From an uncultured Nitrososphaerota archaeon (lineage in GTDB: Archaea > Thermoproteota > Nitrososphaeria > Nitrososphaerales > CADDZS01), in contig CAWCYI010000004.1 of the NCBI GenBank assembly GCA_963799845.1, forward strand, positions 800,001 through 864,000: 64,000 bases of DNA, written 5' to 3'. The notes under the pieces are model-generated. The model searched no databases, was not told where the DNA came from, and saw nothing but the letters and a program-made list of their open reading frames with translations. Below, piece after piece: positions 47,098 through 57,862 of this stretch. The translations under genes were made by a program, and so were the position numbers. The first letter of the stretch is position 1. Each line of letters begins with the position of its first letter.

Positions 47098-47367
47098 TTG
47101 AAGCAAATGTTAACCGAACTCGGTCCTGACGATTGGCGAATATTGGAGTTTCACAAAGACAAGCAAGGTGTTCCTTCTTTGCGAATCCAGAAAGAATTGT
47201 CAATTGATCATCGAAAGGTTGTTGAGTCTTTGCATAATTTACATTCCGAGGGGCTTGTTTATTTCAAAGGTCATTCACTCGCAGGGAATATCGAAAATAT
47301 CGTATCCAAAATTACTGAAAAGGGGCATACGGCATTGAAGGAAAAACAAACGCTGGCAAATAATTGA
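47098..47367 (+). CDS. small winged-helix protein
   Basis: WRILEF...IQKELSI...LHNLHSEGLV...KITEKG pattern. Confidence 0.7.
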   Translation: MKQMLTELGPDDWRILEFHKDKQGVPSLRIQKELSIDHRKVVESLHNLHSEGLVYFKGHSLAGNIENIVSKITEKGHTALKEKQTLANN

Positions 47368-47433
47368 TGTACAAGATCCGATCTGAGTGGTCGGCACTTC
47401 TCGGTCTCTCCAAAGGCAGGGCAGAGGCGTCGT

Positions 47434-47677
47434 TCACGTGGTTTTGAGGATGGTTCTCTTCCTTGATTGTTTTACCGCGCGCACCCATTGCTCCTTTGTC
47501 ACCCCGCGCATCTCGCGTTTGATCTCTTCGATCGCTTCTTTGGTTCTCTTCTCCTTCTGCACTCTGATCGCCTTTTCCAACCCGTCTTCAACAACATCCC
47601 GCACAGCGACGCCCAGGCGCGATGCTTCCTTTGTTCTCTCCCTGCTTTACTCTGACGGAGAGGATATCCGTGTTCAT
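47434..47677 (-). pseudogene. orphan VapB-like antitoxin with one frame break
   Basis: MNTDILSVRVK, then in the shifted frame EASRLGVAVRDVVEDGLEKAI...EQWVRAVKQSR; no toxin follows. Confidence 0.6.
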
Positions 47678-47932
47678 TGCTGTGTTTACAAGATTCGATT
47701 GCATACGTATCAGAGTTTACTATTCAATGATGGATGCACCCATTTGGGCTACTCGCCGGTGTATTTACAAAAGTGATCATTATTTGTCAGACGATAAACT
47801 CTTCGAGCTCGAAGCTCGCTGGGCTGCGGTTATCGTGGATGAGCTTTTCCAAATTATTCTTGGATTTAGGGATCAAAACAAAAGAGAAAAAAAGAGAGGG
47901 ATGGACGCAGACTTTCATCTGCTGTCCTAAAT

Positions 47933-48985
47933 CTACTGAGACGTTACTGTTGCAGTGATGGTTCCAGAGAACGTTACGGATGGAGCTGGCCATGTTACTG
48001 AGTAGCTTCCCATGATTGAGGTGCCACTCATCCAGCTGGATGTCGAGCTGCTAGAGCCCTGCATCGTGAACGAGCCAGTTGAAGTGAGTCCTGTCTCGGT
48101 GCAAGTTCCTTCTGGTAGTCCGGCTAGTGCAGAGCAGTCAAAACTTCCCGCTGTTGGAACGGTGGAAGTTCCGGTGTAGTAGCCGTTTGCGTCAAGCGAG
48201 CTCGGAGACATGTTCTGAAATGCGACTGTGCCGAATTCCTGTTCGTTACCCGTAACGAAGTTCTCGCGTGCGTTCGCTACCTGAGAGAAGGAGCCCGAAG
48301 CCGTCTGTCCGTTCAGTGTACCTGAGACAGTTCCGACGAGCTGGACGTTGCTCCAAGTTGCAGTTCCGCTTTGATAGCCTGCAATGACGTTGATAGAACC
48401 ATCAGTTGAGCTGATTGCTATTGGTGCACCCCAAGGGTTTAGAATTGGAGATTCAATGAGGAGAGTTGCCTGACCAGTGGTCGTGGTTGAACCCAGAGTC
48501 TCTGTCGTAGAAACCATTGCTACGAAGAATCCGGGGATCGCACTTGTGTCAGTTGTCGGGCAGTTCCCGTTCGCATCTGGCGAAGCATAGCTGGGGAAGC
48601 AAATTGATGGGATCATGCCCACAATTTGACCATTTGCATTGAAGCTGATAGACTGTCCATCTGTGGTCGTGCCGGTCAGTGATAGTCGAAAGTTGCCGGT
48701 TGCAGATAGGCCGTTGGACGAAGCGTCCATGTTGTAGTGGATGGTAGCTCCTGGTGGAACTTGCTCCGGACCAAACTGAGCTCCGTAGAGGGTCCCTCCA
48801 GAAAGTGACCATCTCTGGTTACCAGCGCTGGAGATTACTCCTTGGATGCCAAGGGAGAGCTGTTGACTTGAGTGTTTGCCGGATGATTGTATTGAACTTG
48901 GTGTCGTTGCATGAGTTACTAACAAGCCGCTGCTGGAAAGCAGTACGACTGCAAGTAACGTGATCGCCGCTGTTAGTGTTTTCAA
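47933..48985 (-). CDS. secreted Ser/Thr/Gly-rich beta-protein with two Cys pairs
   Basis: 350-aa ORF, signal peptide, T-tract terminator near 47881-47900. Confidence 0.8.
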   Translation of the reverse strand: MKTLTAAITLLAVVLLSSSGLLVTHATTPSSIQSSGKHSSQQLSLGIQGVISSAGNQRWSLSGGTLYGAQFGPEQVPPGATIHYNMDASSNGLSATGNFRLSLTGTTTDGQSISFNANGQIVGMIPSICFPSYASPDANGNCPTTDTSAIPGFFVAMVSTTETLGSTTTTGQATLLIESPILNPWGAPIAISSTDGSINVIAGYQSGTATWSNVQLVGTVSGTLNGQTASGSFSQVANARENFVTGNEQEFGTVAFQNMSPSSLDANGYYTGTSTVPTAGSFDCSALAGLPEGTCTETGLTSTGSFTMQGSSSSTSSWMSGTSIMGSYSVTWPAPSVTFSGTITATVTSQ

Positions 48986-49732
48986 TTGTTTTCGTACCTA
49001 CGAGGGATAAAATCGTTCGGGAAGGAGTTATCTATTATAGCCGATTTACAGAAGTATGAGGATTGTGTTTACAGATTAATACGTATTCAGAAAAGCGATA
49101 CGTCCTAAATAATTAATAATTCTCTATTTTTGGAGAATCCAGCTGATCATAATATCCCCTGCAGATTAGTAAACTAAAGGGTAATGACCTAAAGAAATCA
49201 GAATTTTTTTCCTAAACTGGGATGCGATGAGTTTCTAGTATCCTCCGGCGCTTCGAGGTCTCTGCTGTGTGAGATATTTTCTGAAGAAACCATAGGGAGA
49301 AGGTTCCCTCGTTGTTGTTTGACTGCGACCAGATGGCATGCTCTAAATAGTAGTAATGATTCCTTTCATCATTTTCTTTGTTATGGTTGCCATCGGAGAT
49401 GTATCACTACAGATTGATAAGATTTTGATTTTGGTTTCAAATGTAGTGATAACATTCTCTTAGCAAAAGCTAAAAATCGGTTCAGCCCCTTCCAGATTGC
49501 TCGGGTCTCTCTCTATTGTCGGTAATTTGCAAGAGTCCTGTGAATTTTTTTCGCGGACACACCTGAGTCACACGGAATCTTGGATAAGGAAAAGACATCT
49601 CTTCTATTAAGCTGTCAAATCTAAAGTCTGGTTGGTGGAGACAGCGACCAAGATAAGGCGGATTACAAGGAGATTATGACAGCTCCCCGAAAATAATTTT
49701 GGGACAGGGCCGAACAAACCATCAATTATTTA

Positions 49733-49747
49733 TGATAACAGTTATCA
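49733..49747. promoter_or_regulatory. inverted repeat TGATAAC-A-GTTATCA, probable antitoxin autoregulatory operator
   Basis: perfect 7-bp arms ~18 bp before ATG 49765. Confidence 0.6.
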
Positions 49748-49764
49748 ACAATATATGGCGAGAA

Positions 49765-50091
49765 ATGCCCTCAAGCTATAATCTTCCGGAACTAATGAAG
49801 AAAGAGATAGACGCTCTAGTGAAGGCCGGATACTATTCGAGCAAGTCGGACGTCGTGAAGGACGCCATGAGGACATTCTTGGGAACGAAGAGGAACCTGA
49901 GACTCGCCGCAGCTGTCGAGCTCTACAAACGGGGAGAAATCTCCCTCGGCAAGGGAGCGGAGATAGCGGACACCGGAATCGTCGAATTCAAGGAGAGGCT
50001 AGCTGAACTCGGAATAACACGTGAAATAAAGTCCGAGAGTGCTAAGAGAATGGATGTAGAGCTAGCCAGGATGCGGCGGAAATATGAATGA
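49765..50091 (+). CDS. RHH + UPF0175 family antitoxin
   Basis: GYYSSKSDVVKDAMR and AVELYKRGEISLGKGAEIA motifs. Confidence 0.85.
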   Translation: MPSSYNLPELMKKEIDALVKAGYYSSKSDVVKDAMRTFLGTKRNLRLAAAVELYKRGEISLGKGAEIADTGIVEFKERLAELGITREIKSESAKRMDVELARMRRKYE

Positions 50092-50542
50092 AAGTCGTGT
50101 TGGACACCGATATTCTGAGCACCTTTGCAAAAGTCAACAGGCTTGACGTCCTGAACAAATTATTCGACAAAGCCATCGTGTCTCCGTCAGTATCTCAGAA
50201 CTGAGGAAGGCCGAAATAGAAGCCGACGATCTGAATTCAGAAGTTGCTAGGCTGACGCGGGATGAGCTCTTGGCACTGAGAGGGATGGACATCAGACTCG
50301 GACGAGGAGAGCGTGAATGTCTTGTGATAGCAAAACATAGGAATCTGCCGATTGCAAGTGGCGACAAAATTGTCTATTCCATCTGCGAGAAAGAAAGCAT
50401 CGGTTATTTCACGCTCCCGAGACTTCTGAGGTTTGCGATCCTGAAGAAGGTGGTCGCCAGAGAGGAAACAAGGCAACTTGTTAAGCTGATCCAGCTTGAG
50501 GAAAGAACTTTGATTGTCGGGAAGGACGAGATTTTCGAATGA
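50088..50542 (+). CDS. vapC: PIN toxin (DUF3368-like); frame break near 50195
   Basis: ATGA overlap, MKVVLDTDILS start, LGRGERECLVIA...ASGD. Confidence 0.75.
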
Positions 50543-50679
50543 TCCATTCCCAGGACTTCATGTACAGGCAACGCGAGCTACTATTAGGTTCGCACTGCGA
50601 CATCTCCAACCACTTTGACAGATTCAATCGCGATTACGTCGGTGGGACCCACTCATATTTCTCGCTTGAGATGAGAGAC

Positions 50680-52321
50680 TCAGCTTTTCGGAACGGCTTT
50701 CCTCATGGTCAATAAAAACACGGAACCCACTATCATTACTACAACCCCTGCGATCATATATGGCAGGAGATTTATGGGGATGATGTCTGTGCCCGAGGAA
50801 TCACTAGCGGTCGTTTCGGTCGTTGAGCTTGCACCCGAAGTCTCTCTACTCCCCGAGGCTGACGAATGCGCAGTAGAGGAGGAGACAGAATCCGATGAAG
50901 AATGGTCGGAGCTAGACTCCGACACGCTAGACGTGGTAGAGTTGAAAGAATCTGAAGAACTGTTCGTCATTGCTATGGACGATGATGAAGATTCAGAATT
51001 TTGAGAGGAAGCAGTGGAAGAAATAGAATCATTTGTAGATGATGAGAAACCACTCGTAGTAGTTGTTGTACCATTCCCTGAGATGAATGAGGAGCTGTCT
51101 GTTGAAGAGGTGTTCCCAGAGCCCGACGACGATGTTGTTTCACTCGTTGAATTGCTTGAAGATGAAGAGGATGTTCCGGTGGTCTGGTTCGTAGTTGTTG
51201 TGATGGATGTAGTGTTAGTTGGACTCGATGTTGTTGTAGACGAGTTCGTCGTAGATGAAAAAGTAGAAGTCGTACTAGTAGATGAAGCACTCGTTGAGGT
51301 AGTTGGGGTGGAGGATGAGGTTGATGTGGGAATAAAACCCGTGGAAACTACTGACACGGTACTCGATCCATAATTCGCAATGTACAGGTAACCATTTGAG
51401 GAGTCATATGCAATTCCGTAAGGGTGGTCGCCCACGCTGAAACTCGTGTAAAGCTGATTCACGTTCGCGTCAATTACCGAGACCGAGTCTGAGTCCCAGT
51501 TGGTGACATAGACGTATCCGTTCAGGGGGCAGAAGGCGATCGCCTCGGGTTCGAGTCCCACACCGATCGTCCCCACAATTTGATTCCCTGCGATTATTGA
51601 AACCGTATTCGACCCATAGTTGGCAACATACATATTCTTGTTCGACGAGTCGTAGGTCATGCCTCCTGGAAATTTTTCTACAGCTGACACTGCCAGAATC
51701 TTCTCCGTTGACGATGACTACCGTACCAGAAGACACTAGGTTCGAAACGTATAGTCCTTCGTTCGAAGGATCAAAAGCGATCCCCCACGGAGCGCTTCCG
51801 GCGGAGACATTTTGGACTACAGTGTTTTTGGTGTCGTCTATTACTGAAACTGAGGCCGAGTCGTAGTTTGTCACGTAAATGTATCCGGTTGAAGAGTCGT
51901 ATGCAACTTGGCTGGGAAGTGTACCAACACCAATAGTCCCGATAACCGAATTATTTGACCCATCTATCACTGACACTTGTTCGCTTTCGCTGTCTGCAAC
52001 GTACAGATTCCCGTTCGAAGGATCGAAGGTGATGCCGTAGGGGCCGGTGCCAACTTTTATCGTCGCGATGACCGAGTTGTCTCTACCGTCGATCACGGAT
52101 ACGGTGTTGGCCCCCCAATTTGCGACGTAGATGTATCCATTCGAGGGATCGTAGGCAACCCCGTAAGGAGAAAGTCCAACAGAGACTGTCGTGTTGCTCA
52201 GTCCCGACGATAGGGGAGCAGCCTTGGAGAAAGCAAGAAAGAATATGGAGAACAACATAGGGAGGAGTATGGCAAGTGATAGATACTTTGACCGAGTGAA
52301 AGACTTCGAATTAGATTGCAC
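50680..52321 (-). CDS. YVTN/YncE beta-propeller surface protein with Ser/Thr stalk and C-terminal TM; frame break near 51690
   Basis: seven P.GIAYD..NG.IYVxN..S.TVSVID repeats, Ser/Thr-rich stalk, TM followed by RK. Confidence 0.85.
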
Positions 52322-52651
52322 TGTACCACGCCCGGAACCTGATCATAATTGGCCCTCAGCTCTTTCTAGAGTGTCCATTCACGTACTATAAGCCTTGTAG
52401 AGCTCATCTATTCTGCCTGTGTATGGATTCCAGATCTTGACCGTCAGATATGTCGGAATCTGCTATAGTTGGGTGATTTGATTATTTTCTTTGACGCCGT
52501 AGCCGACATTTTCTTCCGACGGGATTAGAGAACCATTGATGAAAGATTGTTTAGGGCGATCTCGGTTTACGCCTACTCTGGGAGGGAGGGTATTTCTCGC
52601 GTCTTCTTTAGTATTTTTGGGCTAGCCTGCCTTTGAATCATGTTATTCATT

Positions 52652-55258
52652 CTATCCTACAGTGACTGGACCGTAAATTACGGAAGGCAGTTGTGCATTA
52701 GGAGGATCGATTCGGATTCTCCAACCATAAAAGTAGGCCGCGGTATTCGACCCCGCGTAGGTCTCAATGCCGACATACTGGTTTGTTGCTCCCAAATGCG
52801 AGTCAGTTGTACTCGCGCTCGATGATAATGTACCTGAGCCATCTGCTTCAGTGTAGATGTTGGTTGTCAAAGACGATCCGCTTATTATCGCCTGATCGAA
52901 GTACCAGCCGGTCGCGCGCGACCCGCTTCCCGCAAGCAAAGTATTCGTGGTGCCGCTTTCATATGCGATTGAGGCTGCATCACCAGTCCAACCATCTCCG
53001 AGAATGTAGTTTGTCGTGGTCGAGCTGCTGGAGCCTCTGACCGCAAAGAGACCGTTCAAGTTGCTAGCAATGTTCACCCACCCCTCCACAATGAAATTAT
53101 CACCCACTACTGCAGAATTATGCCAAGCGACTGTTTCCGAAGACGTGCCTGTACTTCCCTTCCCGGTAAGTGATAGAACTCCTGACGTGCCACCGTACGG
53201 GTTAGCCTGTGCGGAGGTTGATAGGGTACCACCATTAGTCACACTCAGGCCGCTCGTCGATACACCGTTATTGTAGTATAAGAAAACATTTGCGCCATCG
53301 TCGTATTGTCCATATGTCGAACTGAGCTGCGGCGCCTCGCCAAATGGGCCAGATGAGCTCAAATGGCTAGTCCCCTTTGCGTAAAATCCCATATAGATTG
53401 TGTTAGAGCTCAAAGGCGCGATTCCTGAGGAATTGAGCTTCAGCCAAAGTATTGAATTTGTATTTGTGTTAGCCGTTCCATTGGCGAGCCAGGCGTTCAG
53501 ACTGTTTCCACTGTAGTCAAAGAACAAAACGTTGTCAACAGGGTTGTCAAGATATGAGCTGTATGTGTTCCAGTTGATATTCAACATCACTTGGGTTCCT
53601 CCTGTTACTGAAGAAGTCTGGAGGTTAGCGAGCGTAATTGGAACGTAGAATAGGACGTTGCTAGGAACCGTTTTAGGCACAGGGAAATTCAAGTTTGAGT
53701 TCACAAAGCAGCCTTGAGCGGTCTGAAGTTCGGTCAAAGCGCCTGAGGCCCAATAAATTGATACTGGAAATATGTCCTGTACTGCATAGCTGAGAGTAGG
53801 CGCAAGACCGTTCCAGACGAAATTCAGGTTGCTGTTAACCGCAATATTGTTTCCAGAAGACGAACTGGACCAAGTGATGATCCCGTTGCTAACACCTTCT
53901 GTCCATCCCGAAGGGGCAGTCGCGGATACTGATGAGAATGCTGAGGCGTTCAGAACTATTTTGTCAATTGTACTTCCAGAAAAAGCTGAATTGTTCACCT
54001 CTAGTTGGAAGACAGTGTCGGTGTCCCCTGAACAAATGCTCGGAGTCTCCGAAGACCATCCAACGTTGTCCCCGGCAATGGTTGACTCGAACGGAACGTT
54101 TTGCCCGTAAATTGAGACGCTTGACTGAGTAATCTTGGTGCCAGGTACCAAAAGAAATACGGCGAACTGACCATAGTAGGCTAAGTTGTTTCCCGGAATT
54201 ACTGAATCGTCAGTACCCAGAGACATGATCTGCATGTTATTAGATTCCATCGGATATGCTGCCGCGAAGAAGATGGTTTTCGTTGCTCCGTAGGGAAGGT
54301 TGATCGGAACGAACGAGCCCGTTGTATTGCTTATTATTTCCCCATTTGCCTGATTCACGTTAACCGCATAAAAGACATAGACTGGGCTAGTCTCCCCACA
54401 GTGGCTCGTTGGAGTGCCAGCGTCGCAGGTCTCAATGACCCAGATATTTGCCAAAGAGTTAATCACCACCGTGCTCTGCTGCGAATCTGCATTCGTTATA
54501 TTTACAGAGAATACGATCGGAACCTCAATACCGCAATAGCCGCAGCCATCATCGGTGTGGTTCTGGCCCTCGGGAACCAAAGATCCGTCGAACGGATGGT
54601 TAATGTCAAATTTCCATGTACCACCGTTGCATTGAACCCCTCCGCTGCAGAGGTTTTCAAAGTCTCCGTCTGAATCCGTCTGTGGGGGTCCAGTCAGATA
54701 ATCGTACCATTTGAAAGTGCCGAACGACAGCTCGAGTGAGCCTAGTCCTTGTGCCAGCTCCGAGTTGATGGCCGCGGCACTTTGGTATTGGTTTGGATAT
54801 GCTCCGTTCACCACTATCCCGCTGGTGGTTACAACCCTAATTACAAAGTCTTGAAACGCGCTACTGACTGTGACTGTTGTGTTGAACAAAGCCGATCGGC
54901 CTTGGCCGATGCCCACCGGGCTGGTGTAATTCTTGTACTGGACGACGGCTCCAGTGCTATTCATTACCAACCAAGCGGAAATTGAAACTGCGGATCCAGT
55001 ATTATTGACGTAAAAAGAGAGTACTTGACCCGAAATGACCGTTCCATAAACTAGTAGGTTCGAGGCGCTTTGGATCAATTGATTCTGCTTCTGGTCATTT
55101 TGCAATAGATTCTGTTCGTAGGTCCGCTGCTGGGAGCTAATGCTGTAGAAATAGGTAGTTCCAACACTGAAGACTATCCCAAACAAGATAAGGGCAGCGA
55201 TGACAGGAGCAGTCGCGCGTCTGAGTCGCATTCTTTTTCCAAAATTGTTATTGTGCAA
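52652..55258 (-). CDS. large pilin-like adhesin with C-terminal DUF2341-like domain
   Basis: RLRRA/TAPVIAALILFGIVF; YVPITLAN...NVLFF...AWL...LWLKL...GEAPQLSSTYGQYDDG. Confidence 0.85.
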   Translation of the reverse strand: MHNNNFGKRMRLRRATAPVIAALILFGIVFSVGTTYFYSISSQQRTYEQNLLQNDQKQNQLIQSASNLLVYGTVISGQVLSFYVNNTGSAVSISAWLVMNSTGAVVQYKNYTSPVGIGQGRSALFNTTVTVSSAFQDFVIRVVTTSGIVVNGAYPNQYQSAAAINSELAQGLGSLELSFGTFKWYDYLTGPPQTDSDGDFENLCSGGVQCNGGTWKFDINHPFDGSLVPEGQNHTDDGCGYCGIEVPIVFSVNITNADSQQSTVVINSLANIWVIETCDAGTPTSHCGETSPVYVFYAVNVNQANGEIISNTTGSFVPINLPYGATKTIFFAAAYPMESNNMQIMSLGTDDSVIPGNNLAYYGQFAVFLLVPGTKITQSSVSIYGQNVPFESTIAGDNVGWSSETPSICSGDTDTVFQLEVNNSAFSGSTIDKIVLNASAFSSVSATAPSGWTEGVSNGIITWSSSSSGNNIAVNSNLNFVWNGLAPTLSYAVQDIFPVSIYWASGALTELQTAQGCFVNSNLNFPVPKTVPSNVLFYVPITLANLQTSSVTGGTQVMLNINWNTYSSYLDNPVDNVLFFDYSGNSLNAWLANGTANTNTNSILWLKLNSSGIAPLSSNTIYMGFYAKGTSHLSSSGPFGEAPQLSSTYGQYDDGANVFLYYNNGVSTSGLSVTNGGTLSTSAQANPYGGTSGVLSLTGKGSTGTSSETVAWHNSAVVGDNFIVEGWVNIASNLNGLFAVRGSSSSTTTNYILGDGWTGDAASIAYESGTTNTLLAGSGSRATGWYFDQAIISGSSLTTNIYTEADGSGTLSSSASTTDSHLGATNQYVGIETYAGSNTAAYFYGWRIRIDPPNAQLPSVIYGPVTVG

Positions 55259-55310
55259 TTTTTTAGAACCACAACTCGGTCTTACTGGCCGACAGATCCA
55301 ATCGACTTCG

Positions 55311-57152
55311 TTAGATCACCGTGCAGACTAATGCTTCCTGCATTGTAGTAATCTCACCCGTCGTCCATGTTATTACGATCGGAAACACGTACTGAGTGGT
55401 TGATGCCGGCGAAGGAGCTGTAGCCTTCCAAGTGAAAGTGTCTGTGGTTCCGTTCGCGATGTAATCGGATGGAGTAACAGAATTCCAGGTGATATAACCC
55501 GAATGCGGGGAGTTGGCGGTACCCGTCCAGCCGGTCGGGCTTGCTGAAACACTCACCGAACTAAATGCTGATGCGTTGAGTACTATGTTATCTATTCCCA
55601 CAGGGTTTGTAGGATTTGCGTAGGCGAATATCGAATCATTTACAACTAGCTTAAAGGTTGCCTGCACACCGGGGGTGGCCGTTGTATTTGTTTCTGATAT
55701 CCAGCCGAAGTTATCGGCAGCGGTTGTAGATTCAAACGGAATGTTCTGCCCATAAACTTGGACGCTCGGAGAAATTATTTTCGTTCCGGAGAACAAGAGA
55801 AATACTGCAAACTGTCCGTAATAAAACGGATTGGTGGTAACCGCGCTGGTTAATCCTACCGCTGACATTGGTTGAAGTGAAAGATCGTATGCCGCTCCGT
55901 AGTAGAGAGTTTTCGTCACTCCGTACGGAATGATAATTTCGGAGAAAGAGCCCGCCGTGGTGCTGGTTATGGCTCCAGTTGTGGGATTTACATTCATCAG
56001 GTAGAAGACGAAGAACGGATTTCCACTCGGACAGTTTCCCTCCGTCACTCCTGAATCGCAAGTTTCAATGACCCAAAGGTTTGAGGCAGAGTTGATTACG
56101 ACTGTCCCCAGAGACGGATCGTCGTTTGTGATATTCACTGAGAAAGCGACGGGAATCTGGTAGTATGGTGAAGTTGTTGTGGTTGTTGTGGTGGTGGTTG
56201 TGGAGGTAGAGGTGCTGGTGGATGTAATTGTGGTCTTCGGAGCACTTGTAGTGATGGTTGACGTGATCGTTGATGTAGTTGTGCCGCAGCCGCACCCGAC
56301 ATGATGAGTCGTAGTAGTCGTAGTAGTGGTTGTGGTTGTGGGGGTATAGCTGGTCAGCGTCGTCGTAGTAGTAGTGGTGGTAGTCGAATAAGATGTGCTG
56401 TAATACACTTGTGTAGGATTGTAACCTCCGGGAACCAGTGATCCACTGTGCGGATGAGCGACGTCGATTGTCCAAGCCCCACCGTTGCAGTTTGTCTCCT
56501 GTTCTGAAGAACTAGCGCAGAGGTTATCGAAGACGGTACTGCCTTGTGTAGTTGTCGCTGATGGTCCGTTGCGATAGCTGTACCAATTAAAACTAGAAAA
56601 TCCCATCTCCAGCGAACCGAAACCCCCCGCCACGAGAGAGTTTACCGTTGCGCCCGTAATTTGCTGTGAAGGGTATGTTCCCACTCCCTGTGTTCCTCGA
56701 GCGGTCAGAACTTTGATTACGTATTTAGCTCCCGCTGGAATTATAATCGAGGGATTCAGACTTATCGCATTGAATGTGGCTGACTGCCCCTGGCCAACAT
56801 TGAAGGGAAGAGCCTCGTTTGAACTTGTAGTCGAATTCACGTATTGAATAATGTTGCCCGAGGTCCCGTTCAAAATCCAATACGAGACGATAGAAATTGC
56901 GACGCCCGTGTTGTTGACGTAGAAGGCGAGCTCTCCTGACTGGGACTCTCCGAATACAGTGAGGTGCTCAGCGCTCGGGCCATTAAGGAAATTGTTGTTG
57001 TTTTGAGCTATTGATTTCTGAAGGTTAGACTGGTCCTGCGTGATTATGTAAAAGTAGGTAGAGCCCACCGTTATGAGCATCGCAAACAGCATCACCGCGC
57101 CGATGACTGACGAGACTGATCTCTTTCTCTTCAACGTGACTTTGGACAACAT
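55311..57152 (-). CDS. large pilin-like adhesin with poly-Thr/HHVGCGCG insertion
   Basis: KRKRS/VSSVIGAVMLFAMLI; clear paralog of 52652..55258. Confidence 0.85.
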   Translation of the reverse strand: MLSKVTLKRKRSVSSVIGAVMLFAMLITVGSTYFYIITQDQSNLQKSIAQNNNNFLNGPSAEHLTVFGESQSGELAFYVNNTGVAISIVSYWILNGTSGNIIQYVNSTTSSNEALPFNVGQGQSATFNAISLNPSIIIPAGAKYVIKVLTARGTQGVGTYPSQQITGATVNSLVAGGFGSLEMGFSSFNWYSYRNGPSATTTQGSTVFDNLCASSSEQETNCNGGAWTIDVAHPHSGSLVPGGYNPTQVYYSTSYSTTTTTTTTTLTSYTPTTTTTTTTTTTHHVGCGCGTTTSTITSTITTSAPKTTITSTSTSTSTTTTTTTTTTSPYYQIPVAFSVNITNDDPSLGTVVINSASNLWVIETCDSGVTEGNCPSGNPFFVFYLMNVNPTTGAITSTTAGSFSEIIIPYGVTKTLYYGAAYDLSLQPMSAVGLTSAVTTNPFYYGQFAVFLLFSGTKIISPSVQVYGQNIPFESTTAADNFGWISETNTTATPGVQATFKLVVNDSIFAYANPTNPVGIDNIVLNASAFSSVSVSASPTGWTGTANSPHSGYITWNSVTPSDYIANGTTDTFTWKATAPSPASTTQYVFPIVITWTTGEITTMQEALVCTVI

Positions 57153-57188
57153 TTTTCGACGCGCTCCTCCCTTTCCCTGAAAGTCTCT

Positions 57189-57800
57189 CTAGAGTACCGC
57201 GGGGGTCACTTGTTGGTACTGGGTTGAGACGACGGCACACTGATAAGAGTAGTAACTGCTAGTCTTGCTCACTTGCGTAAGTGTCTCGTTGTGTGCTTCA
57301 GACTGGAACGCATAAATTGCATTTTTAGAGAATGTTATCGGGGAGGTGTTTGCACTCGTCAGTGTGTTTATCGTGAGTGACTTCACATTTTCAGTTAATA
57401 TCTGTCCAGTGGTATTGGTCCTTGACTGAGCCAGAGTGTAAGTATCCAATTTGGTAGAATTACTTATCTGAATATTCGTGATGTTAACCGCGCCGTGCCC
57501 ATTATTGTAGAACCAAAGCGTGATCAAGTTGGCGTTGGTGCTGCTGAAATTTGCGTTGATAATGACGAGTCCGAGATTGAGACATCCAGAGTTGGTGCCA
57601 ATCGTGTTTCCAAAATTCTTCTCGCTCGCTTCTGCAGCACTGCTCGCCCAAGCCCAGACTGCGAATCCTACAGCAAGTGTGACACCCAAAAGTAGAATTG
57701 ATCCCATTACTTCGCTTGCGGCGAGTCGGGATCGTTTTCCTGCTAATTTTTTATTGAGATTTTTCAAGGTTTGATCAGATCGACTTAATGTAATTTTCAT
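57189..57800 (-). CDS. minor archaeal type IV pilin
   Basis: KRSRLA/ASEVMGSILLLGVTLAVGFAVWAWA; paralog of 29380..29916. Confidence 0.85.
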   Translation of the reverse strand: MKITLSRSDQTLKNLNKKLAGKRSRLAASEVMGSILLLGVTLAVGFAVWAWASSAAEASEKNFGNTIGTNSGCLNLGLVIINANFSSTNANLITLWFYNNGHGAVNITNIQISNSTKLDTYTLAQSRTNTTGQILTENVKSLTINTLTSANTSPITFSKNAIYAFQSEAHNETLTQVSKTSSYYSYQCAVVSTQYQQVTPAVL

Positions 57801-57811
57801 AAATTAGAGAA

Positions 57812-57846
57812 TAAGAAAAAAGGGGAGGAGGGACACGTGATCCTCT
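57812..57846 (-). terminator. weak hairpin plus U-tract after major pilin
   Basis: GAGGA...CCCTC followed by CCCCTTTTTTCTT on the minus strand. Confidence 0.5.
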
Positions 57847-57862
57847 CAGTAGGCTTAGCGTT

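Noticed and set aside
4300-51700. About 15 single-base frame breaks read as programmed frameshifting, phase variation or mass pseudogenisation
   Set aside because: They hit unrelated genes, share no slippery motif, several sit in short homopolymers and flanking sequence is undecayed; long-read indel error is the simplest explanation. Only the IS630 site fits a known programmed shift. Read polishing would settle it.
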